DNA of 52,008 nucleotides, from contig JBOHDE010000003.1 in NCBI GenBank assembly GCA_050699035.1, positions 1 through 52,008 on the forward strand, read 5' to 3'. Numbering within the stretch: position 1 is the first letter of the stretch; every line of letters starts with the position of its first letter. The translations under genes and the position numbers were made by a program. The notes under the pieces were generated by a model. It worked only from the letters and a program-made list of their open reading frames with translations. It was not told the origin of the DNA and did not search any database. Shown here piece after piece: positions 18,858 to 29,402 of this stretch. The stretch comes from Nocardioidaceae bacterium. GTDB lineage: Bacteria > Actinomycetota > Actinomycetes > Propionibacteriales > Nocardioidaceae.

Positions 18858-20657
18858 GTGCTGGTACTGGCCATCGAGCTGCTCTTCCTGCTCCTCTTCG
18901 TCCACGCGCTGACGCTGTTCCTGCGTCGGCGCGACCCGCTCGCTGGCGACGTCACGCTGGTCTTCAGCGCGATGGCCGGCCTGTTCATCCTCACGCTGCT
19001 CGGTGCGGTGCTCGACGAGACGCCGCGCGTGTTGCGGGCGGCGGCGATCGCGCTCCTCCTCGCCCAGCCGTTGTTGACTCTGCGACTGATCTCCCACGTG
19101 CGCGACATCCCCCGCGCGGTGCTGGCGGTCGCGGCGCTGCTCTTCGTCATCAGCACCGTCCCGCTGCTACTGCGGGAGCCCGACGGGCCCCGGTGGCCCG
19201 TCTGGTTCGCCGTCGGTGCCTTCGCGCTGGTGGAGGGCGTGGTGGCCGGCTACTTCCTGGGCGAGTCACGCGCGCGCACCGGGGCGCCACGGCTGCGGTT
19301 GCGGGTGGCCGCGCTCAGCACGGCGCTGTTCGCCGGTGCGCTGCTCATGGCGGGACTGCTGCAGGGGGGCGACGCCGCGAGGATCGTGACGCTGCTGTCG
19401 GGAGTGGGCTACGTCGCTGCGTTCATGCCGCCACCGCAGCTGCGTCGGCTGTGGGCGATGACGGCCGCCCATGACTATGGCCGCGAGCTGCTGTCGATGT
19501 CGGCCGAGGCGACCGGCAGGGACATCTGGCATCAGTTCGCGGTGTCGGCGGACGAGATCTGCGACGTGGATGCCGTGGTCGTACTCGCGCGCACCAGGGA
19601 CGGCGGCATCTCCACGGTCGCGTCCAGCGGTCTCGACCTGGGGCGCGTGACACCGCTCGAGCGCGTCGAGTTCGGCCAGCTCGCCGAGCCGACCCTGCAG
19701 CGTGCCGTCAACGGCGACTGTCCCGTCGAGCGGACCTTCGCGGCCGCGGTCGGTGCGCGGTTTGGCACCCGCGTCCCGTTGTCGCACCGGCGAGGTGGGG
19801 AGCCGGCCCATATCGCCCTGCTGTTGTCACGGCACCGCAGCTTGTTCAGTGCCGACGACCTCGAGGTGGTGGCGGGCCTCGGTGCGCAGGCGGCGCTGCT
19901 GGCCGGACGGGCCGAGGCGTCGGCAGAGCAGGAGCGGCTGGCCGACCAGCTGGCGGCGACCGTCGACGCGCTCGGTGTGGCGAGTAACGCGAAGAGCGAC
20001 CTGCTGGCGCGGGTGAGCCACGAGTTCCGTACGCCGCTCACGGTGATCATCGGCTACTGCGAGATCCTCCGCCGGGCGGTGAGCTCGGGTCGCTCGATCA
20101 TGGCGACCGATGCTCTCGACCGCATCGGGGATGCCGGCCAGCACCTCATCACGCTGGTCGACGACGTACTGAACGTCGCGGAGATGGACGCCGGACACCT
20201 CAGGCTGCGGCCCGAGCCGGTCGACCTGGCCGAGCTGATCTCCCGCGCCGTCGAGGAGCTGCGACCCGTCGCCGAGCACAAGGGGGTGGCGCTGACGGTC
20301 GACCTGGCCGCCGCCTCGGTGTACGCCGACCCGGTCCGCTTGCGGCAGGTGATCTACAACCTGTCCTCGAACGCCATCAAGTACACCCCCGAAGGCGGCT
20401 CGGTGCAGTTCGTCAGCGAGCAGGCCGACGACGGCATCCGGATCTCTGTCGTCGACACCGGCATCGGCATCAGCCCCGAGGACCAGGACCGGGTGTTCGA
20501 GGACTTCACCCAGCTCGACGAACATGCCGGTGAGGGGTCCGGGCTGGGGCTGTCGATCGCTCGCCGGCTCGTCACCGCCCACGGGGGACGCACCGAGCTC
20601 TCGTCGCGGCCGGGTGAGGGTAGCCGGTTCACCGTCGTCCTCCCGTACCCGGCCTGA
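18858..20657 (+). CDS. orphan sensor histidine kinase (multi-TM N-terminus, central sensory domain, HisKA + HATPase_c)
   Basis: AAGGAG lies 9 nt upstream of the GTG. H-box SDLLARVSHEFRTPLTVIIGY; N-box LSSNAIKYTPEGG; G-boxes VVDTGIGISPED and GSGLGLSIARRLV. No response regulator is adjacent. Confidence 0.85.
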   Translation: MLVLAIELLFLLLFVHALTLFLRRRDPLAGDVTLVFSAMAGLFILTLLGAVLDETPRVLRAAAIALLLAQPLLTLRLISHVRDIPRAVLAVAALLFVISTVPLLLREPDGPRWPVWFAVGAFALVEGVVAGYFLGESRARTGAPRLRLRVAALSTALFAGALLMAGLLQGGDAARIVTLLSGVGYVAAFMPPPQLRRLWAMTAAHDYGRELLSMSAEATGRDIWHQFAVSADEICDVDAVVVLARTRDGGISTVASSGLDLGRVTPLERVEFGQLAEPTLQRAVNGDCPVERTFAAAVGARFGTRVPLSHRRGGEPAHIALLLSRHRSLFSADDLEVVAGLGAQAALLAGRAEASAEQERLADQLAATVDALGVASNAKSDLLARVSHEFRTPLTVIIGYCEILRRAVSSGRSIMATDALDRIGDAGQHLITLVDDVLNVAEMDAGHLRLRPEPVDLAELISRAVEELRPVAEHKGVALTVDLAAASVYADPVRLRQVIYNLSSNAIKYTPEGGSVQFVSEQADDGIRISVVDTGIGISPEDQDRVFEDFTQLDEHAGEGSGLGLSIARRLVTAHGGRTELSSRPGEGSRFTVVLPYPA

Positions 20658-20666
20658 CCGACCGCG

Positions 20667-21587
20667 CTATTCGGTGAGAGCGGAGAGGGTCCAGCCGGCG
20701 ACGTGCCGGTCGCCCGGCCGGAGCACGAGCAGGTCGACCCCCGAGTTGAACGCGTCCGGTGGACAGGTCATCGGTTCGACGGCGAGGCCAAGCCGGCTCG
20801 ACGCCTCGTCCGGGCGGTCCGCGGTATGGATCTGCACCCACGGCAGGGTGGTCGGGTCCCAGGCGCACTCCACGCCGTGACCGTCGTCGTGTCGAAGCCG
20901 CACCCGGGCGAGCCCGTCCGGCCCGGCCGTCAGCGCGGTGTACGCGTGGTCGACCCAGACGTCACCGATCCGCCGCGGGCTGCGGAAGTCCAGCAGGTCG
21001 CCGTCCACCGGGTTGATGGCTGAACCGGTCGCGACCGGGAGCAGCCGGTCAGGCGTCACCGACAGCACCTCGTCGGCCGGGACCTCCAGCGTCCAGTCGT
21101 CGACCCGGCCCGTCCCGGCGCACAGGTACGGGTGCGGCGCCGTCCCGTACGGCGCGCTCTGGTCTCCGACGTTGGTCGCCGTCACCGTGCACGACAGCCC
21201 GGCGTCGCCGAGGACGTAGCGCGCGGTGAGCTCGAGCGCGAACGGGTAACCGGGCTGAGGCACCAGCCGATGGTGGAGGGTGACCGCCTCGGCGGTCTGC
21301 TCGAGCAGGTCGAACGGCAACCAGCACACCAGCCCGTGTAGTGCGGTGGCCCGCTCGGTCTCGTTGACCGGCAGCTGGTACTCCTGCCCGGCGAACCGGT
21401 ATCGCCCGTCGGCGATCCGGTTCGGCCACGGCGCCAGCAACGAGCCACGGAAGTACGGACGTGCCTCATCGCGGTCGAACGACAGCACCAGGTCACGCCC
21501 GGCGTGCTGCAGCGCGCGGAGCCCGGCGCCGACCTGGGTGATCGCTGCCCGGTAGTCGCCGTGTACGAGCGGGTAGTCGCCGAACAC
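20667..21587 (-). CDS. aldose 1-epimerase family protein (mutarotase)
   Basis: 306 aa. GSLLAPWPNRIADGRYRFAGQEYQLPVNE ... ALHGL is the typical aldose-epimerase core. It lies 1 nt downstream of galT. Confidence 0.8.
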   Translation of the reverse strand: MFGDYPLVHGDYRAAITQVGAGLRALQHAGRDLVLSFDRDEARPYFRGSLLAPWPNRIADGRYRFAGQEYQLPVNETERATALHGLVCWLPFDLLEQTAEAVTLHHRLVPQPGYPFALELTARYVLGDAGLSCTVTATNVGDQSAPYGTAPHPYLCAGTGRVDDWTLEVPADEVLSVTPDRLLPVATGSAINPVDGDLLDFRSPRRIGDVWVDHAYTALTAGPDGLARVRLRHDDGHGVECAWDPTTLPWVQIHTADRPDEASSRLGLAVEPMTCPPDAFNSGVDLLVLRPGDRHVAGWTLSALTE

Positions 21588-21588
21588 C

Positions 21589-22665
21589 TCAGATGTCTCG
21601 CAGCCGCCGGGCGACGTCTTCTGGGAGTACGTCGGTGATGTACGCGTTCATGCCGGACTCGGTGCCGGCCAGGAACTTGAGCTTGTCGGCCGCACGACGG
21701 ATCGAGAACAGCTGCAGGTGCAGGTAGCCGAGGTCCTCGGTGTCGACGACCGGACCCTGGTGCCAGGCAGAGATGTACGGGAGCGGGCTGTCGTACAACC
21801 GGTCGAGGCGCTGCAGCAAGTCGAGGTACAGGACGACGAAGTCGTCGCGCTCCGCGTCGTCGAGGTCGGGAATCGTCCGGACCCGGCGCCGCGGGTAGAT
21901 GTGCACCTCGACCGGCCAGCGGGCGGCGGCCGGGACGAACGCCGTCCAGTGCGTCGACTCCGCGACGACGCGGACCCGAGCCTCGCGCTCGGCAGCGAGG
22001 ACGTCGGTGTGCAGGTCGCCGCCGGTGCGCTTCCGGTACTGCGCGGCAACGTCGACCATCCGGCTGCTGCGTGGGGTGAGGTAGGGGTAGGCGTAGATCT
22101 GGCCGTGCGGGTGGCTCAGGGTCACCCCAATCTCCTTCCCCCGACTCTCGAAGCAGAAAACCTGCTCGACGCCGTCGAGCTCACCCAGCTCGATGGTGCG
22201 GTCGGCCCAGGCGTCGACGACGAGGCGGGCCTGAGCGGCCGACAGGTCGGCGAACCGCGCGTTGTGGTCACTGGAGAAGCAGACCACCTCACAGCGACCG
22301 AAGCCAGGACGCATCGGCACCAGCGGGTTGGGGGCGTCGACCTGCGGCGGCTCGGCGGCGGTCGACAGGCTCGGAAAACGGTTCTCGAACGTCACCACGT
22401 CGTAGTCGCTGGCCGGGATCTCGGTGTGCCGGCCGTCCGACGACGGACAGAGCGGGCACTCCTCGTCCGGCGGGAGGAAGGTGCGGGACTGCCGGTGCGA
22501 GGCCATCGCCACCCACTCGTCGAGCAGCGGGTCGAGCCTGAGCTGCGACGCCGTGCTGACCGCGGGGAGGTCCCGCGGGTCGACGAGCTCGCGGACGGCG
22601 CTGTCGTCGAGGTCGAAGTAGACGATCTCTCGACCGTCCGCCAGCGTCGCGTTGGTCTTCTTCAC
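21589..22665 (-). CDS. galT: galactose-1-phosphate uridylyltransferase
   Basis: FENRFPSL, the Cys cluster CPLCPS, and the active-site HPHGQIYAYPY. The start is trimmed to the GTG at 22665 (VKKTNATLADGREIVYFD), which matches the usual actinobacterial GalT N-terminus. Confidence 0.9.
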   Translation of the reverse strand: MKKTNATLADGREIVYFDLDDSAVRELVDPRDLPAVSTASQLRLDPLLDEWVAMASHRQSRTFLPPDEECPLCPSSDGRHTEIPASDYDVVTFENRFPSLSTAAEPPQVDAPNPLVPMRPGFGRCEVVCFSSDHNARFADLSAAQARLVVDAWADRTIELGELDGVEQVFCFESRGKEIGVTLSHPHGQIYAYPYLTPRSSRMVDVAAQYRKRTGGDLHTDVLAAEREARVRVVAESTHWTAFVPAAARWPVEVHIYPRRRVRTIPDLDDAERDDFVVLYLDLLQRLDRLYDSPLPYISAWHQGPVVDTEDLGYLHLQLFSIRRAADKLKFLAGTESGMNAYITDVLPEDVARRLRDI

Positions 22666-22951
22666 CGCACCCTGCTCCTCGGGCCCCCGCGTGCGGAGGC
22701 AGGTTGACGTCGTGAAGTGCGCGCATGAGGCGCCCGTCGAACAGTCAACCACAAAACAACAGGTTCAAACAGCGAGACCGTCGATGCACGGATTTGGCGG
22801 AGACAGCGGCTCCTGGTGTGTGAAAACGAGTGAACACGACAGTTTCTGTTGACATGACCTGGGAAACGTGTGTGGAATGTGTCACGCGCCGGCGTGCCGG
22901 TGTCCGTGCGTCAGCAACGGGCTGGCGCAGTCAGCGGAGTGAGGATGCATC

Positions 22952-25483
22952 GTGACAGCACCCACAGCAGCACCTCTACGACGAACCGGACTCGCGCTGG
23001 CGACAGCGCTGGTCATGATGGCCTCGACCGTCCTGCTGAGCGCGGCCGCACCGGCAGCCCCCGATCCCTCCGACAGTGGGTGGGAGATGGGCGAGCCCCG
23101 GCTCCCGACACCGTGGACCGAGGAGGTGTCCCCGGACAACGCACTGCCGGACTACCCGCGCCCACAGCTGACCCGGGCGAACTGGCAGAACCTCAACGGC
23201 GTATGGGAGTTCGCCGGCGCCACGGCGGGCGCGGAGCCGCCGTTCGGCCAGACCCTCGGTGAGCAGGTCCTGGTTCCGTACCCGATCGAGTCGGTGCTGT
23301 CCGGCATCGAGCGGCACGAGGACTACATGTGGTACCGCAAGAACGTCTCGGTGCCCAACGGCTGGCGGATCGGCAACGGACAGCGGCTGATGCTGAACTT
23401 CGGCGCCGTCGACTACAAGTCGGTGGTGTACGTCAACGGGGAGCAGGTCGCCGAGCACACGGGCGGGTACGGACGGTTCTCGGCGGACATCACCGATGCC
23501 GTGACTGGGTCGGGTGCACAGGAGATCATCGTCGGCGTCGAGGATCGCACCGACGCGACCTGGCAGCCGGTGGGCAAGCAGCGCCGGGTTCCCGACCGCG
23601 GCATCTTCTACGAGGGCGCCTCGGGCATCTGGCAGACCGTCTGGATGGAGCCGGTCGCCGACGGCCACGTGGGCACGCTGGACATGACGCCCGACCTCGA
23701 CGCGAGTGCGCTCCGGCTCACCGTTAACACCGTGGGCGACACCGGTGGTCTGACGGTGGAGGCAACCGTGCGCGACGGCCGGACGATGGTCAGCCGGACG
23801 TCCGGTGCGCCGGGCGCGGAGATCGCGCTGCCGGTGACGAAGGCCAAGCTGTGGTCGCCCGACTCCCCGTTCCTCTACAACCTCGAGGTCAGGCTGAAGA
23901 ACGGCGACGAGGTGGTCGACAGCGTCGGGTCCTACTTCGGCATGCGCGAGATCGGCAAGGCGAAGGGTGCCGACGGCAGACTGCACATGACCCTGAACGG
24001 CGAGATCGTGTTCCAGATGTCGACGCTCGACCAGGGCTACTGGCCGGACGGCATCTACACCGCACCGACCGACGACGCGCTGGCGTTCGACCTCGAGCAG
24101 CACAAGGAACTCGGCTTCAACACCGTACGCAAACACATCAAGGTCGAGCCCGACCGCTGGTTCTACCACGCGGACCGGCTGGGACTGCTGGTCTGGCAGG
24201 ACATGCCGGCGATGCGGACCGGTGGCCGTCCCCCGGTCGACGGGCAGCAGCAGTTCGAGACCGAACTGCACGAGATGGTCGACCAGCACAAGAGCTGGAC
24301 CTCGGTGATCGGCTGGGTGCCGTTCAACGAGGGCTGGGGCGAGTGGGACCGTGACGCCACCGGCCGGATCGCTGACGACATCAAAGCGCAGGACCCGAGC
24401 CGGCTGGTCAACGCGCACAGCGGGGTGAACTGCTGTGACTCGCTCGGCGACTCGGGCCAGGGCGACGTCATCGACTGGCACCGGTACGTCGGTCCCGCCG
24501 ATCCCGTACCCCAGGGGGAGCGAGTGTCGATCGACGGCGAGCACGGCGGTTTCGGGCTCGAGGTCGACGACCACATGTGGTTCGGAGAGGGTCACGCGTA
24601 CGAGATGACGCCCGATCCCGAGACGCTGACTCGGCGTTATGTCGAGAACCAGGAGGACGTCCTGACGGCGGCCAAGCAGTGCGGGATCAGCGGAGCGATC
24701 TACACCCAGATCACCGACGTCGAGCACGAGGTCAACGGCTTCTTCACCTACGACCGGCAGGTCGAGAAGATGGACTTCGGCCAGGTGCGCGACATCAACG
24801 AGAAGATCATCCGCGAGGCCGACGGCTCCGGTTCCGACGCCCCCGACCTACCTCCGGGCACTCCGGGTCTGACCGGGCTCGCGTACTGGCCCGCCGACGA
24901 GGGCAGCGGCACGGTGGCCGCCGACCAGGTCGGCGACGCCGACCTCACCCTGCGACCTGGGGCGAGCTGGACCGCCGGAGTGTCCGGGTCGGCTCTGGCG
25001 TTCGACGGCGCCGGTGGTCATGCCGAGACCGACGGTCCGGTGCTCGACACCTCCGGCAGCTTCACCGCCGCGGCATGGGTCAAGCTCGACCGGGTGAACG
25101 GCTGGCTGACGGCGGTCGGACAGGACGGCCCGGTCCAGTCGGCGTTCTTCCTGCAGAAGACGGCCGACACCAACCGGTTCTCGTTCAGCACGGCAGGTGG
25201 GCGGGCGCTGTCGGACTTCGTGCCGGTGGCGGACCGTTGGTACCACCTGACGGGCATGCGGGACGCGGCGACCGGGACGCACACGTTGTACGTCGACGGG
25301 GTCGAGCAGTCGTCGTTCAGCCAGTGCCTCAACCCGGACTCCGAGGGTCCGCTGAGCATCGGCCGGGCCCGCTTCGGCGGTAACGACGTCGACTTCTGGC
25401 CGGGTGCGGTCGACGACGTACGCGTCTGGGACAGGGCGTTGAGCGCTGAGGAGGTGGCCGAGATCGCCGCGACCGGCCGGTAG
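22952..25483 (+). CDS. secreted glycoside hydrolase family 2 enzyme with a C-terminal LamG/concanavalin-like domain
   Basis: Signal peptide: RRTGLALATALVMMASTVLLSAAAPA. GH2 sugar-binding and catalytic motifs: WYRKNVSVP, NFGAVDYKSVVYVNGEQVAEHTGGY, FNTVRKHIK, WVPFNEGWG. The C-terminal ~200 aa is LamG-like (WYHLTGMRD ... DDVRVWDRALSAEEV). Confidence 0.85.
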   Translation: MTAPTAAPLRRTGLALATALVMMASTVLLSAAAPAAPDPSDSGWEMGEPRLPTPWTEEVSPDNALPDYPRPQLTRANWQNLNGVWEFAGATAGAEPPFGQTLGEQVLVPYPIESVLSGIERHEDYMWYRKNVSVPNGWRIGNGQRLMLNFGAVDYKSVVYVNGEQVAEHTGGYGRFSADITDAVTGSGAQEIIVGVEDRTDATWQPVGKQRRVPDRGIFYEGASGIWQTVWMEPVADGHVGTLDMTPDLDASALRLTVNTVGDTGGLTVEATVRDGRTMVSRTSGAPGAEIALPVTKAKLWSPDSPFLYNLEVRLKNGDEVVDSVGSYFGMREIGKAKGADGRLHMTLNGEIVFQMSTLDQGYWPDGIYTAPTDDALAFDLEQHKELGFNTVRKHIKVEPDRWFYHADRLGLLVWQDMPAMRTGGRPPVDGQQQFETELHEMVDQHKSWTSVIGWVPFNEGWGEWDRDATGRIADDIKAQDPSRLVNAHSGVNCCDSLGDSGQGDVIDWHRYVGPADPVPQGERVSIDGEHGGFGLEVDDHMWFGEGHAYEMTPDPETLTRRYVENQEDVLTAAKQCGISGAIYTQITDVEHEVNGFFTYDRQVEKMDFGQVRDINEKIIREADGSGSDAPDLPPGTPGLTGLAYWPADEGSGTVAADQVGDADLTLRPGASWTAGVSGSALAFDGAGGHAETDGPVLDTSGSFTAAAWVKLDRVNGWLTAVGQDGPVQSAFFLQKTADTNRFSFSTAGGRALSDFVPVADRWYHLTGMRDAATGTHTLYVDGVEQSSFSQCLNPDSEGPLSIGRARFGGNDVDFWPGAVDDVRVWDRALSAEEVAEIAATGR

Positions 25484-25530
25484 CCCCACGACGGTCGCGT
25501 CGCCCGTTTGTCACGTGGCCGTGGCTGGTG

Positions 25531-25566
25531 GTCGCTTCCCGCGGCGTAGAACCCGAGGGAAGCGAC
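25531..25566 (+). terminator. stem-loop after the GH2 gene
   Basis: GTCGCTTCCC - 16 nt - GGGAAGCGAC, a 10-bp perfect stem about 48 nt after the stop. Confidence 0.5.
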
Positions 25567-25631
25567 TATCAGCCCAGGGGAGTGGGCTCTCGTCCTGAGT
25601 GGAACGGCGGGCGGGTGGTTCTTGCGTATTG

Positions 25632-25651
25632 ATGTTCAATCATGTTTGATC
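25632..25651. promoter_or_regulatory. tandem direct repeat ATGTTCAATC / ATGTTTGATC in an AT-rich island upstream of the sugar ABC operon
   Basis: Seen directly (8/10 identity, adjacent). It lies in the only AT-rich stretch of the 25.49-25.72 kb spacer. A regulatory role is inferred. Confidence 0.3.
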
Positions 25652-25722
25652 AGTGGGGAAAACGTGTGACTCACCTCTCAATCTTGTCCAGAGTCGGGAC
25701 CGGCCAGCCCAAGGAGATCGGC

Positions 25723-26802
25723 ATGACACGCACGAAGGTTCTACGTCCGTGGCGGACTCTCGCCGTGGCGGGAGCGGTCAGTCTTGCGCTGGCCGGCTGC
25801 ACCAACACCGGGGAGGACACCGCGGACAGTGGCAACGACGGCAACGACAAGCAGGTTGTCCGCGAGGATGAAGAGAGCGACGCGAGCTGCACGCTCGACA
25901 AGTACGGCGCCGAGAAGCTCGACCTGAAGGGGGCGACGGTCGGGTTCTCGCAGTCCGAGCCGGACACCGCGGCGTTCCGGGCGGCCGAGACCAAGTCGAT
26001 CAGGGAGGCCGCCGCGGAGGTCGGTGTCGGCAAGCTGCTGGTGACCAACGCCAACAACGAGCTGCCGAAGCAGATCTCCGACATCCAGGACATGATCAAC
26101 CAGGGTGCGGAGTTCCTCATCGTCGCGCCGATCAACTCCGATGGTCTCGACCCTGCCTTGAACGCCGCCAAGGAGGCCGGCGTGCCGGTGCTCACGATCG
26201 ACCGCAAGGTGACCAACACGTCCTGCGAGGACTACATCGCGTTCCTCGGCTCGGACTTCTACCAGCAGGGTGAGCGCGCCGCCGACGCGCTCAACGAGGC
26301 GACCGAGGGCGAGGCCAAGGTCGCGATCCTGCTCGGGTCGTCCGGCAACAACGTGACCGACAACCGCAATGCCGGCTTCAAGGAGAAGGTGGCGGCCGAC
26401 TACCCCGGTCTGGAGATCGTGGCCGAGCAGACCGGCAACTTCGCCCGCGACGAGGGTCAGGCGGTGACCGAGCAGCTGCTGCAGTCCAACCCCGACATCA
26501 CTGCGATCTATGCCCATAACGACGAGATGGCGCTCGGCGCCGTCACGGCGGTGACCGCCGCGGGCAAGCAGCCGGGCACCGACATCAAGATCGTCTCCAT
26601 CGATGGCACCAAGAACGCCGTGCAGGCCATCGTGGACGGTCAGATGAACGCCGTCATCGAGTCCAACCCGCGCTTCGGCCCGCTTGCGTTCGAGACCGCG
26701 CAGAAGTTCTACGACGGCGAGGAGATTCCCGAGGACGTCATCATCGAGGACGACGAGTACAACGCTGACAACGCCGAGGAGAACCTGGGCAACGCGTTCT
26801 AG
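25723..26802 (+). CDS. sugar ABC transporter substrate-binding lipoprotein (periplasmic-binding-protein type I, YtfQ/RbsB-like)
   Basis: AAGGAG lies 7 nt upstream of the ATG. Lipobox LALAGC. PBP-I motifs: VGFSQSE, FLIVAPINSD, VLTIDR, IYAHNDEMALGA. Confidence 0.85.
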   Translation: MTRTKVLRPWRTLAVAGAVSLALAGCTNTGEDTADSGNDGNDKQVVREDEESDASCTLDKYGAEKLDLKGATVGFSQSEPDTAAFRAAETKSIREAAAEVGVGKLLVTNANNELPKQISDIQDMINQGAEFLIVAPINSDGLDPALNAAKEAGVPVLTIDRKVTNTSCEDYIAFLGSDFYQQGERAADALNEATEGEAKVAILLGSSGNNVTDNRNAGFKEKVAADYPGLEIVAEQTGNFARDEGQAVTEQLLQSNPDITAIYAHNDEMALGAVTAVTAAGKQPGTDIKIVSIDGTKNAVQAIVDGQMNAVIESNPRFGPLAFETAQKFYDGEEIPEDVIIEDDEYNADNAEENLGNAF

Positions 26803-26833
26803 GCTCTCCGGTACACCGCGCGGGAGAGGCGAC

Positions 26834-28429
26834 GTGAGCGAGACCAGCACCCTCAGCACGCCGAGGTCGAGTACGTCGACCGTGCTGCAGACCTTGGGGG
26901 TGGGCAAGTCGTTCGGCGGAGTGCACGCCCTGCGGGACGTCGACTTCTCCCTGGCCGAGGGCGAGATCCATGCCCTGGTCGGGGAGAACGGCGCCGGCAA
27001 GTCGACGCTGGTCAAGGTGCTCACCGGCGTGTACGCGCCGGACGCCGGTGAAGTCCGCTTCGCCGGGCAGCGGGTCGACTTCTCCAGGCCGTCGGACGCG
27101 CAGCACGCCGGGATCTCCACGATCTACCAGGAGGTCAACCTGGTGCCACTGCTGTCGGTGGCCCGCAACGTGTTCCTGGGAAGGGAGCCCCGCAACCGGC
27201 TCGGCCTGGTCGACCTCGCGACCATGAACCGTCGGGCAACCGAGCTGGTGGAGCGGCTCGGTGTCGACATCGACGTCACCGAGGAGCTGGGCCGGCTCGG
27301 GCTGGGGGCGCAACAGATGGTGGCGCTGGCCCGCGCGATGTCGGTGGACAGCCGGGTCGTGATCATGGACGAGCCGACGTCGTCGCTGGAGGCCAAGGAG
27401 GTCGCCACGCTGTTCGAGGTCGCACGCAACCTGCGGGCCCAGGGCGTCGGCCTCGTGTTCGTGTCCCACCGGCTCGACGAGCTGTGGCAGCTCTGCGACC
27501 GGGTGACCGTGCTGCGTGACGGCCGGCTGGTGCACACCGGCGATATGCACGACCTCAACCGCGTCGCGCTGGTGTCGCACATGCTCGGGCGGGACATCCA
27601 GGAGGTTGCCCGGCACGGCGCCACCGAGTTCGGTGAGTCGCACCTGCAGGGGCGGCAGGCCGTACTCGCGGTGGAGGGAATGGACGTACGCAACCGGCTC
27701 GAGGAGGTGGCGCTGACGGTGCGACCAGGCGAGGTGCTCGGGCTCGGCGGGCTGCTCGGATCCGGGCGAAGCGAGACGGTCAAGGCGATCTACGGTGCAC
27801 TGCCGAAGCAGGCCGGCACGGTGCACGTCGCCGGGAATCCGGTGCGGAGCAACTCCGTACGCTCCGCGCTCGGGTCGGGAATCGCGCTGCTGTCGGAGGA
27901 TCGCAAGGCGGAAGGCATCATTCCCGACCTGTCGGTGCGCGACAACATCGCGCTGGCCGTGCTGCCACGACTCTCGCGCGGCGGGATCGTCGCGGAGCCG
28001 AAGGTCGACGCACTCGTGGACACGTTCCTCCGGCGGCTACGGATCAAGGCGTCCAGCCCGGCGCAGCCGGTACGGGAGCTGTCCGGCGGCAACCAGCAGA
28101 AGGTGCTCCTCGCTCGCTGGCTCTGCACCGAGCCGAAGGTCTTCCTGCTCGACGAGCCGACCCGTGGCATCGATGTCGGTGCCAAGAGCGAGGTGCAGGG
28201 CCTCATCGACGAGCTGGCCGAGCAGGGGCTCGCCGTCGTGCTGATCTCCAGCGAGATGGAGGAGCTGGTCGAGGGCGCCGACCGCATCGTCGTCCTCCGC
28301 GATGGTCGGGTGCATGCCGAGCTCGACGGCGCCGACCTGACCAGCTCCGGTCTGCTCGCCGCGCTGGCCGGTGACATCTCGGCGGCCGACGCGGAGGCAC
28401 AGGCCTCGACGGAGGCGGCCGATGACTGA
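26834..28429 (+). CDS. sugar ABC transporter ATP-binding protein (duplicated ATPase, RbsA/YtfR-like)
   Basis: Walker A GENGAGKST, signature motifs (LGAQQMVALAR, LSGGNQQKV) and Walker B (VIMDEPT, FLLDEPTRG). There are two NBDs. Starts at the GTG at 26834. Confidence 0.9.
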   Translation: MSETSTLSTPRSSTSTVLQTLGVGKSFGGVHALRDVDFSLAEGEIHALVGENGAGKSTLVKVLTGVYAPDAGEVRFAGQRVDFSRPSDAQHAGISTIYQEVNLVPLLSVARNVFLGREPRNRLGLVDLATMNRRATELVERLGVDIDVTEELGRLGLGAQQMVALARAMSVDSRVVIMDEPTSSLEAKEVATLFEVARNLRAQGVGLVFVSHRLDELWQLCDRVTVLRDGRLVHTGDMHDLNRVALVSHMLGRDIQEVARHGATEFGESHLQGRQAVLAVEGMDVRNRLEEVALTVRPGEVLGLGGLLGSGRSETVKAIYGALPKQAGTVHVAGNPVRSNSVRSALGSGIALLSEDRKAEGIIPDLSVRDNIALAVLPRLSRGGIVAEPKVDALVDTFLRRLRIKASSPAQPVRELSGGNQQKVLLARWLCTEPKVFLLDEPTRGIDVGAKSEVQGLIDELAEQGLAVVLISSEMEELVEGADRIVVLRDGRVHAELDGADLTSSGLLAALAGDISAADAEAQASTEAADD

Positions 28430-29402
28430 CGTGGCCACGCCGCCGCCGCCGACTCGCGCGCGGCCCGTCCGCCGCGTCGACAGCGACTGGGTCCGGCGCA
28501 ACGGCGTCTACGTCGCGCTCGCCCTGCTGGTCGCCGTCAACGTGGTCATCACCGACAACTTCGTGGACGCCGGGACACTGCGGCTGCAGCTGATCCAGGT
28601 CGTGCCGGTACTCATCGTGGCGCTCGGCATGGCGCTGGTGATCGGCACCGAGGGCATCGACCTGTCGGTCGGTGCGGTGATGGCTCTCGCCGCGGCGATC
28701 ATCCCGCTCTACGTCGGGTACGGCGCCTCGGTCGCGATCCTCGTCGCGCTGCTCGCGGGCGCGGCGTCCGGCACGCTCGCCGGGACCTTGGTGGCCCGAG
28801 TGGGCGTGCAGCCGATCGTCGCGACGCTCGGCATCATGGTCGCCGGGCGGGGTCTGGCCAACCTGATGGGCGGCGAGATCAAGACCATCCGCGAGCCGAG
28901 CATCGTGTCGCTCGGCACCGGCAGTGTGCTGGGCGTCCCGTACGTCGTGTTGATCGCGGCGGTGGTGGCGGTCGTGGTCTGGTTCCTGGTGCGGCGTTCG
29001 ACGTACGGCCGGCAGCTGGTGGCGATCGGCGGCAACGCCCGCGCCGCCGAGCTGGCCGGGCTCCCCGTGAAGCGGGTGCTCACCTCGACGTACCTCCTCT
29101 GCGGGCTGCTCGCCGCCCTCGCCGGGGTGCTGCTCGCCGCCCGGTCCCAGGCCAGCGACCCGACCAAGGTCGGCCTGCTGATCGAGCTGTCCGCGATCAC
29201 CGCGGTGGTCATCGGCGGCACGCCGCTGTCCGGCGGTCAGGTGCGCATCGTCGGCACGATTGCCGGCGCCCTGCTGATGCAGCTCATCACCGCCACCTTG
29301 ATCTTCCACAACATCCCCGACTCGACCGCCCAGATGGTGCAGGCGGTGATCGTGATCGCCGCGGTGTACGTACAGATTGGTCGACGGAAGGCCGGCTCGT
29401 GA
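28422..29402 (+). CDS. sugar ABC transporter permease (YtfT/RbsC-like)
   Basis: Overlaps the ATPase stop by 8 nt. About 10 TM helices. Contains LVIGTEGIDLSVGAVMAL, the conserved motif of this permease family. Confidence 0.85.
   Translation: MTDVATPPPPTRARPVRRVDSDWVRRNGVYVALALLVAVNVVITDNFVDAGTLRLQLIQVVPVLIVALGMALVIGTEGIDLSVGAVMALAAAIIPLYVGYGASVAILVALLAGAASGTLAGTLVARVGVQPIVATLGIMVAGRGLANLMGGEIKTIREPSIVSLGTGSVLGVPYVVLIAAVVAVVVWFLVRRSTYGRQLVAIGGNARAAELAGLPVKRVLTSTYLLCGLLAALAGVLLAARSQASDPTKVGLLIELSAITAVVIGGTPLSGGQVRIVGTIAGALLMQLITATLIFHNIPDSTAQMVQAVIVIAAVYVQIGRRKAGS

Noticed and set aside
22741-22900. CRP/GlxR-type site (TGTGA-N6-TCACA) in the galT / GH2 divergent spacer.
   Set aside because: Only imperfect half-sites with the wrong spacing are present: TGTGAAAACGAGTGAACAC, and TGTGTGGAATGTGTCACG with N8 spacing. 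That is not enough to call.
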